Positions 1 to 9,710 of a stretch of DNA of 38,720 nucleotides are shown piece after piece (the first letter of the stretch is position 1; each line of letters opens with the position of its first letter). The notes below the pieces were generated by a model. That model saw nothing but the letters and a program-made list of their open reading frames with translations. It did no database searches and had not been told where the DNA came from. The position numbers were made by a program, and so were the translations under genes. Source of the DNA: a virus; the IMG/VR virus record IMGVR_UViG_3300047325_000062, positions 1-38,720 of that record; one strand, written 5' to 3'.

Positions 1-127
1 ACCCTGCCGTCCACCGCCGGATATGTCTATTCGGTTTACATCGGCACCAGCGCCACCGCGCTGACGAACCTTGCCGCCACGTCAAGCACGTCCGCTCCGA
101 CAAGCGGCCCGTATGCAGGCATGGCAA
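1..127. repeat. Terminal direct overlap, identical to 38594..38720 (signature of a circular assembly)
   Basis: Base-by-base comparison: accctgccgtccaccgccggatatg...gcaggcatggcaa occurs at both window ends, 127 nt with no mismatch seen. Confidence 0.95.
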
Positions 128-426
128 CACAGCTGCCGCCCGGCGCCACCGTGGTTCTGACCGCGCTCGGCGTGTCGCAGACCCCGCCCGCCGCGCCGGC
201 GACCGGACTCACCGTGTTCCCGACCTTCGTCATCGGCAAAGACTTCTACAGCTGCATTGATCTCGACAGCACGAAGATGACCTATCTGACGACGGCCGAT
301 AAATCCGACCCGCTGAACCAGCTTCGCATTGTCGGCTGGAAAAAGTTCTACGGGTTCCTGATTTCGAATCAGCAATTCGGCTGCCGAATCGAATCGACGT
401 CGGCCTTTACCGCAACCTTCGGCTAA
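1..426 (+). CDS. Major capsid protein, C-terminal part (continuation of 37661..38720 across the circular junction)
   Basis: After collapsing the overlap (38594 = 1), the frame of ATG 37661 matches this frame (both 1 mod 3). Stop TAA is at 424-426. The tail ...ADKSDPLNQLRIVGWKKFYGF... looks like an HK97-fold capsid C-terminus. The gene follows the scaffold gene. Confidence 0.85.
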   Translation, partial: TLPSTAGYVYSVYIGTSATALTNLAATSSTSAPTSGPYAGMATQLPPGATVVLTALGVSQTPPAAPATGLTVFPTFVIGKDFYSCIDLDSTKMTYLTTADKSDPLNQLRIVGWKKFYGFLISNQQFGCRIESTSAFTATFG

Positions 427-440
427 AGAGGCGAAATCTC

Positions 441-686
441 ATGTCCGTTTCTATTTTCGGCACGCTAACGATCGGCTGGGTTCCAGACGGGTCCGCCGGC
501 GAGTTTGTTCCTTCAGCCCAAAGTCTGACGGTGGTGGTCGCGCCACAGATTTTGGCCGGCGGCAACTCGCCCACCACAAGCCAGGTCAGCACCGGCTGCA
601 CTTTGGTTGCGACTCTGGCGGCTGCGCAGTTCAACACCACCACAAACAGCGCCATCATCGATGGTTGGGCATCCGGCAACCCGTAA
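441..686 (+). CDS. Hypothetical small protein in the head module (81 aa)
   Basis: ATG preceded by AAGAGG. Lies 15 nt after the capsid stop. No recognisable motif. Confidence 0.6.
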   Translation: MSVSIFGTLTIGWVPDGSAGEFVPSAQSLTVVVAPQILAGGNSPTTSQVSTGCTLVATLAAAQFNTTTNSAIIDGWASGNP

Positions 687-712
687 GCCACACGCTGCAA
701 AGGGCCATCTGA

Positions 713-1021
713 ATGTCCACCATCACCGGCGGCACCACGACCACCAGCAACCTGACCGGCATCGTCGTGCCGAGCAAAACGAGCGGCGCGACGACTCACT
801 TCCTGCCGGCCGACATCGCCACCATCAACAACTTGATCAAAGACGATCTCAACAACCTTCATCCGATCCTCAAAGGGGGTTTCAGAAACGAAATCCTGAT
901 CATTCCGAACCGCGGGCCTCTTCTCGTTCAACCCGGTGACTATGTTTTCGTTGATGCCAACGGCTGGCCGATCCTGGTCTCGGCTCATTCCATCGCCACC
1001 GGCGGCTGGACGCATACCTGA
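713..1021 (+). CDS. Hypothetical protein in the head module (102 aa)
   Basis: Complete ORF on the same strand as the capsid gene, with a weak AAGGG RBS. No motif recognised. Confidence 0.6.
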   Translation: MSTITGGTTTTSNLTGIVVPSKTSGATTHFLPADIATINNLIKDDLNNLHPILKGGFRNEILIIPNRGPLLVQPGDYVFVDANGWPILVSAHSIATGGWTHT

Positions 1022-1047
1022 CCGCTCATTCCTGACTGAGAGGAAAA

Positions 1048-1548
1048 ATGACCAAAGAGGAATTTGAAACGCGAAATCTGCGCCGTGTCGAAGCGCAAGC
1101 AGCTGCCGCACGCGCCGGCAATTCAAGCCTTCAGTCTTTGACGGTCGAGCTGACCCCCGAGGAGCTGGAAGAAATCCGAGCCGATGCGCGGGCTCAAGTC
1201 GCAAAGGAGATGCGCAAAGAGGCTATGAAGGCTGCGATGGACGCGGCGCTTCGCGAGGAACGCCTTGCCGCCGGCCTGGATCAGCCGACTTCGTGCGAGG
1301 AAATGGTCGATTATACTCCGGAAATCCCGGATAACATCACCCCGCACGCGTGCTGGACGATCGACGGTCGCACCTACTGGCACGGTGTCACCTATCGCGT
1401 CACGAAAGCTCAGGCGCAGTCCTTTATCTCGATGGAAGCCCGAGCGCGCGAGAACCTTGCGCGCGAGCAGGGGCGCTGGTTCGACCCGCGAAAGCCCAAT
1501 CAGGGGCTTCGGCCGGTCGGCGGCATGCCCGGAATGATGCTGTCGTGA
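1048..1548 (+). CDS. Hypothetical protein with charged helical N-terminal half (166 aa)
   Basis: GAGAGGA RBS 6 nt upstream of the ATG. E/K/A/R-rich stretch EELEEIRADARAQVAKEMRKEAMKAAMDAALREE. Confidence 0.65.
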   Translation: MTKEEFETRNLRRVEAQAAAARAGNSSLQSLTVELTPEELEEIRADARAQVAKEMRKEAMKAAMDAALREERLAAGLDQPTSCEEMVDYTPEIPDNITPHACWTIDGRTYWHGVTYRVTKAQAQSFISMEARARENLAREQGRWFDPRKPNQGLRPVGGMPGMMLS

Positions 1549-2111
1549 CGGCTTCAAATGGCGGCGCACCGCCTGTCATCCCGGCCGTTGGTTGCAGTCT
1601 GCAGATCGACCTCGGCAACGGCACCGTCTGCATGCTGCAGACTCACTACGAACGGGACATGGGGGCGCTCGAGCGAAGCTTTATTCAGGACACGCTTTTC
1701 GATGATGGCGAGCGGCTTAAGGCTCGGGCACGAATCGCGGCGATTTCCAAGGAGATCGACGGCATCAACAGTCAGCGCGCCCTGAACGCCGGGCAGCTGG
1801 AACGCGCTGAAGCTGACTACCAGGCCAAGACCGCCGAGCGGATCAAGCAAGGCGACGAGGCCGTCGAAGCCGACTCGAAGCTGCACGCTGAACAAGAGCG
1901 TCGTGGTCCATACACTCCTTCGACCAAGCTTGCCGCTTACTTGAAAACGCTGGCGCATCAGCAGAGTGCCGCGGATACTGAGCGGACACAGACGCTGAAC
2001 AATTTGCAAGCGACCGAACGGATGCTCGATGGCACGATCGCAAAACTGCGCGCCGAGTCCGCCGCTCTGAAAGCGATCGTCGATGCCCCTTACTGCCGCG
2101 CAGATCGTTAA
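1545..2111 (+). CDS. Hypothetical coiled-coil protein (about 188 aa, GTG start)
   Basis: The track ORF 1350..2111 overlaps the previous gene. An in-frame GTG at 1545 forms a GTGA overlap with the stop at 1546-1548. The C-terminal half is heptad-like (ERAEADYQAKTAERIKQGDEAVEADSKLHAEQE). Confidence 0.55.
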   Translation: MTASNGGAPPVIPAVGCSLQIDLGNGTVCMLQTHYERDMGALERSFIQDTLFDDGERLKARARIAAISKEIDGINSQRALNAGQLERAEADYQAKTAERIKQGDEAVEADSKLHAEQERRGPYTPSTKLAAYLKTLAHQQSAADTERTQTLNNLQATERMLDGTIAKLRAESAALKAIVDAPYCRADR

Positions 2112-2805
2112 TCTGGCGCTTACGACGGTTCAAGCGCCCGGCTGGACGACGCAGGCTGGCCAGCTTCTCAATGTTATCCTGGCCGATCTCGCTGACAACC
2201 AGGACCTCGATCTCTGCCGCGGCAACTTTCAGTTTAATTTCGTCGTGGATAACGGTAGCGGAAACGGCTCAGGGCCGTATCAGCTGCCGCTCGACTATAA
2301 GCGTGCGGAAAAAGGTGGAGTTTTTTACACCTACGACGGCGTGCCGTATTATCTGAAGAGCATCGATTACACTGAATATCTGATGCAGGTTCAGCAGGCG
2401 GGTATTGCCAACTTCCCGGTTTTTTTCGCGACCGACATATCGCCGTTGGGCCAGGAGCCGCCGCTCAATCCGAACATGTATGTCTGGCCGCCGGCGAGCA
2501 GCGCGTTTCCCGTGACGGTGATCTACCGGCGACTGCTTGCTGACATCACAAGCCCGCAGACCTCCACTGAGGTCCCGTGGTTTCCGAACCAGGGCTATCT
2601 GATAGCGGAACTTGAGGCTCGTATGGCAAAGCTTGTCGGCGATCCTCGATCGGAAATGTTCTTCCGAGAGGCGATGGACCGTTTGAGAAATTTCATGCAG
2701 CTGACCAACGACGACGAAGGGCGTGCAAAGAAGGTAACGCTGGACAGCCGGCGCTTCGGTAGGAACTTCAATCAGCTGCCAGATACCAAGCTGGTTGGCT
2801 GGTGA
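2083..2805 (+). CDS. Putative head-to-tail adaptor / tail-tubular-A-like virion protein (240 aa)
   Basis: Assigned from its position between the head genes and the tail-fibre genes, and from its size. No catalytic motif. The functional call is positional only. Confidence 0.4.
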   Translation: MPLTAAQIVNLALTTVQAPGWTTQAGQLLNVILADLADNQDLDLCRGNFQFNFVVDNGSGNGSGPYQLPLDYKRAEKGGVFYTYDGVPYYLKSIDYTEYLMQVQQAGIANFPVFFATDISPLGQEPPLNPNMYVWPPASSAFPVTVIYRRLLADITSPQTSTEVPWFPNQGYLIAELEARMAKLVGDPRSEMFFREAMDRLRNFMQLTNDDEGRAKKVTLDSRRFGRNFNQLPDTKLVGW

Positions 2806-2819
2806 TGGTGCTCTAGAGC

Positions 2820-4058
2820 ATGCCGATCGCTGGCGCTCGGAATCTCGCATGGCGCCCGAAAGGCGTCACTGACACGATCGATTCCACTAGTACCGGGCTC
2901 GGCAGCATGGCCGCGCTCGCCAATCTGGTTCCGGACCCTTCGACGCGGAATGTCTATGTCCCGAGGCCGGCTGCGGTGCAATATCCCGGTTTTTCGGTCG
3001 GGCAGGGCACCGTTTCGGTCTATTTGATCCTCGGCGACACTGTTTATGGCATGATCGCCAACGGTCAGGGCTACGACATACCGTTCGTCTACAACCTACT
3101 GGACGGCAATTTTACCGCGGTCACAGGCATCGACAATTCGAACATTCCTGCGACGGCATCACTGATAGGCGACTGGACCCCGCCGACGATGGACACGTTG
3201 GGGGCCTATGTCCTTGTCACGCATCCAGGCTTTACGGGTGCGGCCAACGGGTTCTTCGGCTGGTTTGATCTAACCAAGCCATCCAGCCCGGTTTGGCATT
3301 CGGGAAACCTGTCGATCAACCCGCTGGTTGCGGTGCCGGTCGGCGTGGCCGTCTATGGCGGTCGCGCTTATTACGCGGTGCTCAATGCAACCCAGGCCAG
3401 TGACGAATTCCTGCCGCTGCAGCAGACAAACGCGAATCAGGTCCTGACCTATGGCGACTCGACACCGGTCACAAAGATCGCCGGGCTGCCGCTCAACAAT
3501 ACGAGCGGCGGCATCGTCCAATCGCTGATGGTTTTCAAGGACGTGCAGCAAATCTATCAGCTGACCGGCGATTACACAGGGATCCCGACAGCCTGGGCGA
3601 TCAACACCCTCAACGTCGCGACCGGGACCGATGCGCCGAATTCAGTGACCTCCACGCCACTTGGACTGACCTTTATCGCGCCTGACGGCCTACGGCTGAT
3701 CGACTTCAACTCCACCGTTTCCGACGTGATCGGTGAATTCGGCGAGGGCATTTCAACCGTTTTTCAGCGCGCTCCAAACAGGAGCCGAATCGTATCCGCT
3801 TTCAATGTGCAGACCCTTCGCGTTGCGGTGCGGCAGAGCGAGACGAGTCCCGAGGACACTGTTGAATATTGGTTCAATTTCGGATTGAAAGCATGGACTG
3901 GGCCGCATTCGCTGCCCACGGTCTTCATGCGCTCTTACAAAAACACCTTCGTCGCCGCCTTCGTGCAGAATTTGGCGGGTATCGGGGTGCTGGGCGCGTA
4001 TATATCGAGCAACGGCACCTTGGCCAGCTCGACCGGCTCTTTACTGGTGGATACCTAG
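2820..4058 (+). CDS. Virion structural protein, possibly a tail nozzle or beta-propeller-like protein (412 aa)
   Basis: Complete ORF in the tail module. Beta-rich composition with repeated G/T/V/Y segments. The function is positional inference. Confidence 0.45.
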   Translation: MPIAGARNLAWRPKGVTDTIDSTSTGLGSMAALANLVPDPSTRNVYVPRPAAVQYPGFSVGQGTVSVYLILGDTVYGMIANGQGYDIPFVYNLLDGNFTAVTGIDNSNIPATASLIGDWTPPTMDTLGAYVLVTHPGFTGAANGFFGWFDLTKPSSPVWHSGNLSINPLVAVPVGVAVYGGRAYYAVLNATQASDEFLPLQQTNANQVLTYGDSTPVTKIAGLPLNNTSGGIVQSLMVFKDVQQIYQLTGDYTGIPTAWAINTLNVATGTDAPNSVTSTPLGLTFIAPDGLRLIDFNSTVSDVIGEFGEGISTVFQRAPNRSRIVSAFNVQTLRVAVRQSETSPEDTVEYWFNFGLKAWTGPHSLPTVFMRSYKNTFVAAFVQNLAGIGVLGAYISSNGTLASSTGSLLVDT

Positions 4059-4078
4059 TCGTGAGAGGGGCGTAGAGC

Positions 4079-6046
4079 ATGTCCGGCTCAATCGACATTT
4101 CGAACTTGCCGTCCGACACGAGTGTCGGCAGCACGACCAATTTAGTCACGACGATCCCGCTTTCCGGTGGCGGCGGCAAGGTCGCGCCCATCGCAACGGT
4201 GATCGAGCGCGCTTTGCCTCTGATGCCTACTGTTTCGACGGTCGGCACGGCGGACATGGTGGCGGGCATCTTCAACGGATCCGCAGGCCTGGCGCCGGCC
4301 GATACCCTGCCTGCCGGCGCCCCTAACCTAGTGGTGGTCAGCCAGGCGGGTACGGTGTCTTCGGTGGGCACGCTCGACTTCCTCGGCCGCGTCCAGGTCA
4401 CAACCGGGGCCTCGGGCGTCGCCACGATCACGATCCTGACCGGCGGCGCGTCGGTCCCGTCAACCGGCATGGTGGCGAGCAACGGCACGAGCCTCATCAC
4501 CGCTTCACTCGTCGGCGCGAGTTACAGCAACGGCACCATGACCGTCAGCGGAGCCACAGTGCCATCCGCAGGCCTCGTGGGCAGCACCGGCAGCGCGCTG
4601 ATCGACGTGGCGTTCGTCGGCCCGGTCTCTTACTCGGCCGGCACCCTCACGGTGTCAGCTGCATCGGTCCCGTCTGCCGGCGCGGTCTACTCAAACGGAA
4701 CCACACTCGGGGCGCTGACTCTTGCGGGGCCTTTGTCGTACGCAACCGGCACCCTGACCTGCAGCGCCGCAGCGGTTCCCTCCTCGGGCGTGGTCTATTC
4801 GAGCGGTTCAACGCTCGGAGCCCTGACCCTGGCGGGGCCGGTCAGCTACTCGGCCGGCACCCTCACGGTGTCAGCTGCATCGGTCCCGTCTGCCGGCGTC
4901 GTCTATTCGACCGGCAGCGCGCTCGGAGCACTGACCCTCGTCGGCGCGTCTTACGCCAGCGGCACCCTCACCGTCAGCACTCAGGCGCCCAGCGCGGGGC
5001 TGGTTTATTCTACCGGCAGCGCCTTCGGCGATGCCACGCTTTCCGGGGCGACCTTTTCCTCGGGCACGCTTACGATCACCAATCAGGCGCCGGCAACCGC
5101 CGGCATCGTCTACTCGACTGGCAGCGCCTTTGCCCACACGACCCTGGCTGGCGCACTTTCGTACGCCTCCGGCACTCTGACCTGTTCGGCTGCGTCGGTC
5201 CCGTCGGCGGGTGTGGTCTATTCGAACGGCACGACGCTGGGGGCTCTGACCCTCGTCGGCGGGACTTATTCAAGCGGCACGCTGACCACCGGCGCCGCGT
5301 GGCAGATCACCGACGGCACCCACACCGTCACCGCGGTTTCCGATCTGATCATCAGCAGCGGCGGCACGCTATCGGGTTCCGGGACCGGCACCGCGACGGT
5401 GTCCTTCGGCGGCGGTTCCGGCACCGGTCCTGCATACGCTCCCGGGTGGGGCAATTATTACAGTTTTTCATCCGGCTCTTGGAATCGGCCGGCCGGTTCC
5501 ACTTGGACGTGGATGAATCAGCAGGGAGCGAGCTACACTGATATATCCGGCGGCCCGCTGCAAATATACGGAGGCACGCTTGGTTACTGGCACCTGCTTA
5601 CAAAAAGTGTATCAGGGAGTTTCGATCATACGTTTCTGTTTACCGCTAATGGACGGGTGGCCGGTGGCGATAGCATCGGCATAATTCTAGGCAACTCTTC
5701 TACCGGTAACTTCATGCCGTTTTACCTGTATTTCGGTTCGAATCCAATACAGCTTTATATTGACCATTGGAGCGGGCTCACGACAAGTCAGAGTTACGTT
5801 TCCCATCAATCTAACTATAATCCTTCTCCTTTGTTGGGTAATATGTTCGCCCTGCGTGTTACCAGTGACGGAACAACCCTCAAATTTTATTTTTCTTACG
5901 ATCCGGTGAACACCAACGCATTTTGCTATATATACAGCGAGACGATTGCCACTTATTTGACGGCGCTAGATACCATAGGGTTTGGCTATTACAACAACGA
6001 TACAACTAGCCAGTATACATCGATCGCGCTTTACGGCTTTGCGTGA
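4079..6046 (+). CDS. Tail fibre protein with about 8-9 tandem repeats of about 35 aa and an AT-richer lectin/jelly-roll-like C-terminal domain (655 aa)
   Basis: GAGAGGGG RBS. Repeats resemble SVPSAGVVYSTGSALGALTLAGPVSYSAGTLTVSAA. The C-terminal 170 aa (from about 5530) has clearly lower GC. Confidence 0.8.
   Translation: MSGSIDISNLPSDTSVGSTTNLVTTIPLSGGGGKVAPIATVIERALPLMPTVSTVGTADMVAGIFNGSAGLAPADTLPAGAPNLVVVSQAGTVSSVGTLDFLGRVQVTTGASGVATITILTGGASVPSTGMVASNGTSLITASLVGASYSNGTMTVSGATVPSAGLVGSTGSALIDVAFVGPVSYSAGTLTVSAASVPSAGAVYSNGTTLGALTLAGPLSYATGTLTCSAAAVPSSGVVYSSGSTLGALTLAGPVSYSAGTLTVSAASVPSAGVVYSTGSALGALTLVGASYASGTLTVSTQAPSAGLVYSTGSAFGDATLSGATFSSGTLTITNQAPATAGIVYSTGSAFAHTTLAGALSYASGTLTCSAASVPSAGVVYSNGTTLGALTLVGGTYSSGTLTTGAAWQITDGTHTVTAVSDLIISSGGTLSGSGTGTATVSFGGGSGTGPAYAPGWGNYYSFSSGSWNRPAGSTWTWMNQQGASYTDISGGPLQIYGGTLGYWHLLTKSVSGSFDHTFLFTANGRVAGGDSIGIILGNSSTGNFMPFYLYFGSNPIQLYIDHWSGLTTSQSYVSHQSNYNPSPLLGNMFALRVTSDGTTLKFYFSYDPVNTNAFCYIYSETIATYLTALDTIGFGYYNNDTTSQYTSIALYGFA
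4450..5290 (+). repeat. In-frame tandem repeat region (about 105-bp units) inside the tail fibre gene
   Basis: Periodic SxPSxG(V/L)VYSxGSxxG...SG TLT(V/C)S motif. It includes an exact 52-bp duplicate, 4631-4682 = 4847-4898. Confidence 0.85.
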
Positions 6047-6049
6047 CGA

Positions 6050-8041
6050 ATGTCCGGCTCTTTATCCGGCACGCTGAACGCAGGAATTGGTGGACCTCCA
6101 CCGAGACCTAGCGCGACCTTTAGCCTGCCCGGTGGCGCGATCGTTTCTGGTTGCGTTTTTTCTGCTCAAGCCTCCTTCATTTATACCGGCGACGCAGACG
6201 GCGCTGTCGGCGGCGACATTGGCGTCGAGCTTTTCACCGATCCGTTCAATCCAGACTTTTTCCCGGTTCTCGGCTGCACGCTGACTGTTCCCGCCCCTTC
6301 GACAACCGGGCAAACAGTAGGCAGCCTGCTCATCAATGGTCTGGTGGTCGAAGGCAGCACCACCTTTACGCTGACCTGTCCGAAAAACCCGATGCCCGGA
6401 GACACATTCACCGGTTTTTCGATCAGCGGCACATTTCGCACCTACTGCCTGCTGCAGCTCGGAGAGGGGTTTGCATACCCGCAAACTGGTTACTACGCAT
6501 ACCTGACAGGAGAGACGCCAGCGGGGCCACTGGTCATATCGCAGATTGCGTTGCCCTCTTTGTCTGGCACGCCAGACGCCTTTGCAGGCATAACAATCGC
6601 CCTCGACGCCGGCATTTTGATTTATGACATCGACATAGTAGAGCAAGACCCTTCCGAAATCATTTTCCTGGATCAAATCGGCACTCTTTCGGTCGGCGCG
6701 CCGTTTGTCGCTCAAGGCACAAACTCAGGCACCATCGCGACAAACATGTATTACGTGCTGGACGGCTTTGCCGCACCCGGCAACCCCGATTCCGGTCCGG
6801 GCTATGGCGTGTATCTGCAGCCAAGCAATTTTCAGGGTGGCAGCAACTGGTCAGCGATCATCCCTGCGGTGCCGTCCGGAGCCTATCAGATCGGGCAGCA
6901 TACCCTGGTCATGGCAGACGCGACCTGGGGCGTTCTCTCCAACGTCGTGACGTTTACGGTCGCGGGAAGCTTTGTGCCGTCGATCGGGTTGAACACTCCG
7001 ATAGCCACGTATGAAACGCCTGTCGTCATCGGCGGCGTTGATGTCGAATACCCAGTTGCGACCGCGCTCGATTATCAGCTCGACGGCGGAACATGGACGA
7101 TCAACGGGGTCACGTCTTTCGTGCCCGCGGAAGCCGAGGATGGCACGTGGAGCGGCGTAGGGCCCGCATCGGCCGTAGGAACGCACACTCTCACCGTGCG
7201 CAACACTAACGCAACCTCAGTTGTCAGCAATACGGTCACATATGTCGTCCCCCCGCTGTCGCAAACCATCCTTCTATCGATTCCCTCTGCCCAGGCTTAT
7301 GTCGCGCCGATCATTTCCGGCACCGACACCGAAACGCCCAACGCTACTTCGATGGATTACATGGTGGACGACAGCGGAACATGGGTCACGATTCCAATGT
7401 TCGGCCCGGCGCCGTCACGAGGCGCCGCCTGGGGTGGAATAGGGCCAGCGGAAGGCCCCGGCACTCACACACTTGTCGTTCGCAATACGAACGCAACAAG
7501 TGTCGTCTCAAATACTGTCACCTACACAATCCTAGGCAATGTCACGACTGCGCGGATCGGTTTGTTTGAAAGCGACGTGCTGCCCTCGTCCACGACGATT
7601 TACGAAGAGTTCGGTGACTCCATGACCTGGGTCTTCACGACCTCGCTTCTGCCAGACAATCAGCAGCAGATGGAGAATTCAACAATTCATTCGGCGCTTG
7701 ATCTGCAATTCGTCGGAAGCGGCCCTGTCGTTTCAGCGACCTTCAGCGACTCAAGCGGCACAATGCTCGTGGACAGCCAGGGCAACCCGGTCGGCGAATA
7801 CAGCGTCACCCCGCTCGGCACAGAATCAACCTGGGATTTTGCGATCTGGGACACAAACGAATGGGACGGCACACCGCAGTCCTTCGCGCCGAATCAGCTT
7901 TGGTGGCTCGGTCCTCTTGTGTTCAAGCAGGGTATTTTTTCATGCACCGGCATATCGCAAACCGGCTTCAAAATCGGCACGCTCTATATGCAGTATAAGG
8001 TGCTGGGATATACGCAACAGTTCCCATCGGGCGTGACTTAG
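6050..8041 (+). CDS. Tail fibre/spike protein with duplicated Ig-like domains (663 aa)
   Basis: Starts 3 nt after the previous stop. Internal duplicates are GTHTLTVRNTNATSVVSNTVTYVV and GTHTLVVRNTNATSVVSNTVTYTI, plus a weaker third copy HTLVMADATWGVLSNVVTFTV. Confidence 0.7.
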   Translation: MSGSLSGTLNAGIGGPPPRPSATFSLPGGAIVSGCVFSAQASFIYTGDADGAVGGDIGVELFTDPFNPDFFPVLGCTLTVPAPSTTGQTVGSLLINGLVVEGSTTFTLTCPKNPMPGDTFTGFSISGTFRTYCLLQLGEGFAYPQTGYYAYLTGETPAGPLVISQIALPSLSGTPDAFAGITIALDAGILIYDIDIVEQDPSEIIFLDQIGTLSVGAPFVAQGTNSGTIATNMYYVLDGFAAPGNPDSGPGYGVYLQPSNFQGGSNWSAIIPAVPSGAYQIGQHTLVMADATWGVLSNVVTFTVAGSFVPSIGLNTPIATYETPVVIGGVDVEYPVATALDYQLDGGTWTINGVTSFVPAEAEDGTWSGVGPASAVGTHTLTVRNTNATSVVSNTVTYVVPPLSQTILLSIPSAQAYVAPIISGTDTETPNATSMDYMVDDSGTWVTIPMFGPAPSRGAAWGGIGPAEGPGTHTLVVRNTNATSVVSNTVTYTILGNVTTARIGLFESDVLPSSTTIYEEFGDSMTWVFTTSLLPDNQQQMENSTIHSALDLQFVGSGPVVSATFSDSSGTMLVDSQGNPVGEYSVTPLGTESTWDFAIWDTNEWDGTPQSFAPNQLWWLGPLVFKQGIFSCTGISQTGFKIGTLYMQYKVLGYTQQFPSGVT

Positions 8042-8062
8042 TCACAAAGCAGGAGCCTTCAA

Positions 8063-9163
8063 ATGCCAGCGGGCGTTCCCTATACCTTTTCGCCGGGCAC
8101 GACTATTGCTTCCGCGCAAGTGAATGCGAATTTTCAGGCGCTGATAAACTACCTCAACGGCTTGAATATCCCAACGACTCCTGTGTCGATAGCGAACGGC
8201 GGCACCGGATCGGCCACGGCAGTAGCGGCGCTGGAAGCTCTTGGACTTGCCACAGGCACCATCATTCCGTGCAGCGCGGCATATTCCGGAACGCTCATCC
8301 AGCTGACAGGCGCAAGCACGGCGCCGGCGGTCACGGCGTACAAGGCCGGCACGACCTATGTGTTTTTGGCACCCGGCAGCCTCAGCGGCCCCTTTACCGT
8401 CCAGGACGTGACCACAAGCGGTTCCGGCCTGGCCGCGCTTCCGCTCAACGATTCCCCTGGCTTTTCCAACACGGCCAGCCTGCAGGCGAACCAGCTGTGC
8501 CTCATCACCTACTCGGCACAGTCCAACAGTTTCGTCCTGATCAACCCCGTTTCGTCGAGCAGTGTCGCCGCGCGGTTTGCCACGTTCAACGCATCCGGCA
8601 CTCTGACGGTCCCGGCCGGGGTCACTTCGATGTATGCGACGGGATGCGGCGGTGGCGGTGGGGGCGGCGCCAGCAACGGGGCGAATTTCGCCGGCGGGTC
8701 AGGTGGTGGCGGGGCAGCGGCCAGCATGGATGTGCCGATCACCGTGACGGCCGGCACTGTCCTGACCATTACAGTCGGCGCGAGCGGAGCTGGAGCGGTT
8801 TCGACGGCCGGCACGCAAGGAGGCACGAGCGCGATCGTCAATTCCTCATCGGCCACGCTCGTATCGTGGACTGGGGGGCAGGGCGGCGTATTAGCAAGCG
8901 GCACGAGTGACACGACCGGCGCGGCGGCTGGCGGAACGGGCGGCATTTCCGGCGGCAATGGAAAGTTTGTCACATCGAGTTTTGGCGCGGGCGGTTTCGG
9001 CGGCGGGTGCCTTCTGGGTGGCGGCGGGGTAGGCGGAGCAGGGGACCTGCCGGGCCAGTCGCCCGGTCAGTTCGGCGGCGGAGGCGGAGGCGGCGGATCG
9101 GGAACCGCAGGCGGCGCCGCGGGCGGAAATGGGGCGCCCGGGACGGTAAGATTGAGGTGGTAA
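8063..9163 (+). CDS. Tail fibre protein with a glycine-rich C-terminal domain (366 aa)
   Basis: AGGAG RBS. The N-terminus ...ASAQVNANFQALINYLNGL... is typical of phage fibre N-termini. The C-terminal half carries FNASGTLTVPAGVTSMYATGCGGGGGGGAS followed by long G-rich tracts. Confidence 0.7.
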   Translation: MPAGVPYTFSPGTTIASAQVNANFQALINYLNGLNIPTTPVSIANGGTGSATAVAALEALGLATGTIIPCSAAYSGTLIQLTGASTAPAVTAYKAGTTYVFLAPGSLSGPFTVQDVTTSGSGLAALPLNDSPGFSNTASLQANQLCLITYSAQSNSFVLINPVSSSSVAARFATFNASGTLTVPAGVTSMYATGCGGGGGGGASNGANFAGGSGGGGAAASMDVPITVTAGTVLTITVGASGAGAVSTAGTQGGTSAIVNSSSATLVSWTGGQGGVLASGTSDTTGAAAGGTGGISGGNGKFVTSSFGAGGFGGGCLLGGGGVGGAGDLPGQSPGQFGGGGGGGGSGTAGGAAGGNGAPGTVRLRW

Positions 9164-9188
9164 CTACCGGAATTATACGCTTTAGGGC

Positions 9189-9217
9189 TTGATGCCTAAA
9201 CCTTGATCGGCTACATT
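9189..9217 (+). promoter_or_regulatory. Candidate sigma70-type promoter (TTGATG-N17-TACATT) upstream of the 9260 gene and packaging genes
   Basis: Hexamers were read directly: -35 at 9189-9194 and -10 at 9212-9217, with a 17-nt spacer. It lies in the 96-nt gap after the fibre gene. Confidence 0.3.
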
Positions 9218-9259
9218 CCTGCTTACCCGCGCCTCGGGGTTCAGGGACGGAGACGACAC

Positions 9260-9613
9260 ATGACAATGGAAACTACTCAATACATCGTTGAGTTGATTCC
9301 GAATACCGCCGTCGAAAAGGTATATACCAAACACCGGGCCGAAATCGATGCGGGCGCCAGCGTTTGGGATTTCACACAGCCTGAGTATCTTACCCAGAGC
9401 CTGACGGCGAGCACCGAAAAAGAAGCATGGGATTGCGCGAAACGACACATCGAGGTTGACGAATTTGGCGAGGTTCATGTCCTGAAACAGGACCGGCGCA
9501 AGTTCCGTGACGATCAAGAATCGTGGGCTGATTGGATCACGACGGCGCGGGCAGTCGTTTATCATGACACTACGGAATTTGATTGGGACATGTGCGATTG
9601 CGGGGAGGATTGA
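9260..9613 (+). CDS. Hypothetical protein (117 aa)
   Basis: In-frame ATG at 9260 within track ORF 9203..9613, preceded by GGGACGGAG. GC is lower than its surroundings. No motif recognised. Confidence 0.55.
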   Translation: MTMETTQYIVELIPNTAVEKVYTKHRAEIDAGASVWDFTQPEYLTQSLTASTEKEAWDCAKRHIEVDEFGEVHVLKQDRRKFRDDQESWADWITTARAVVYHDTTEFDWDMCDCGED

Positions 9614-9710
9614 GCCATGGTCAACCATCCCAACCGGACGAAAACCATTCCTGTCATGCCGCTTGGAACCGATCCGTGATTTCTCCCGGCAACAAGATGG
9701 TGTCCGGACA

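Noticed and set aside
407-1204. 265-aa ORF on the - strand
   Set aside because: It spans three well-formed + strand genes and their intergenic RBSs. Its composition is typical of antisense frames in GC-rich DNA.
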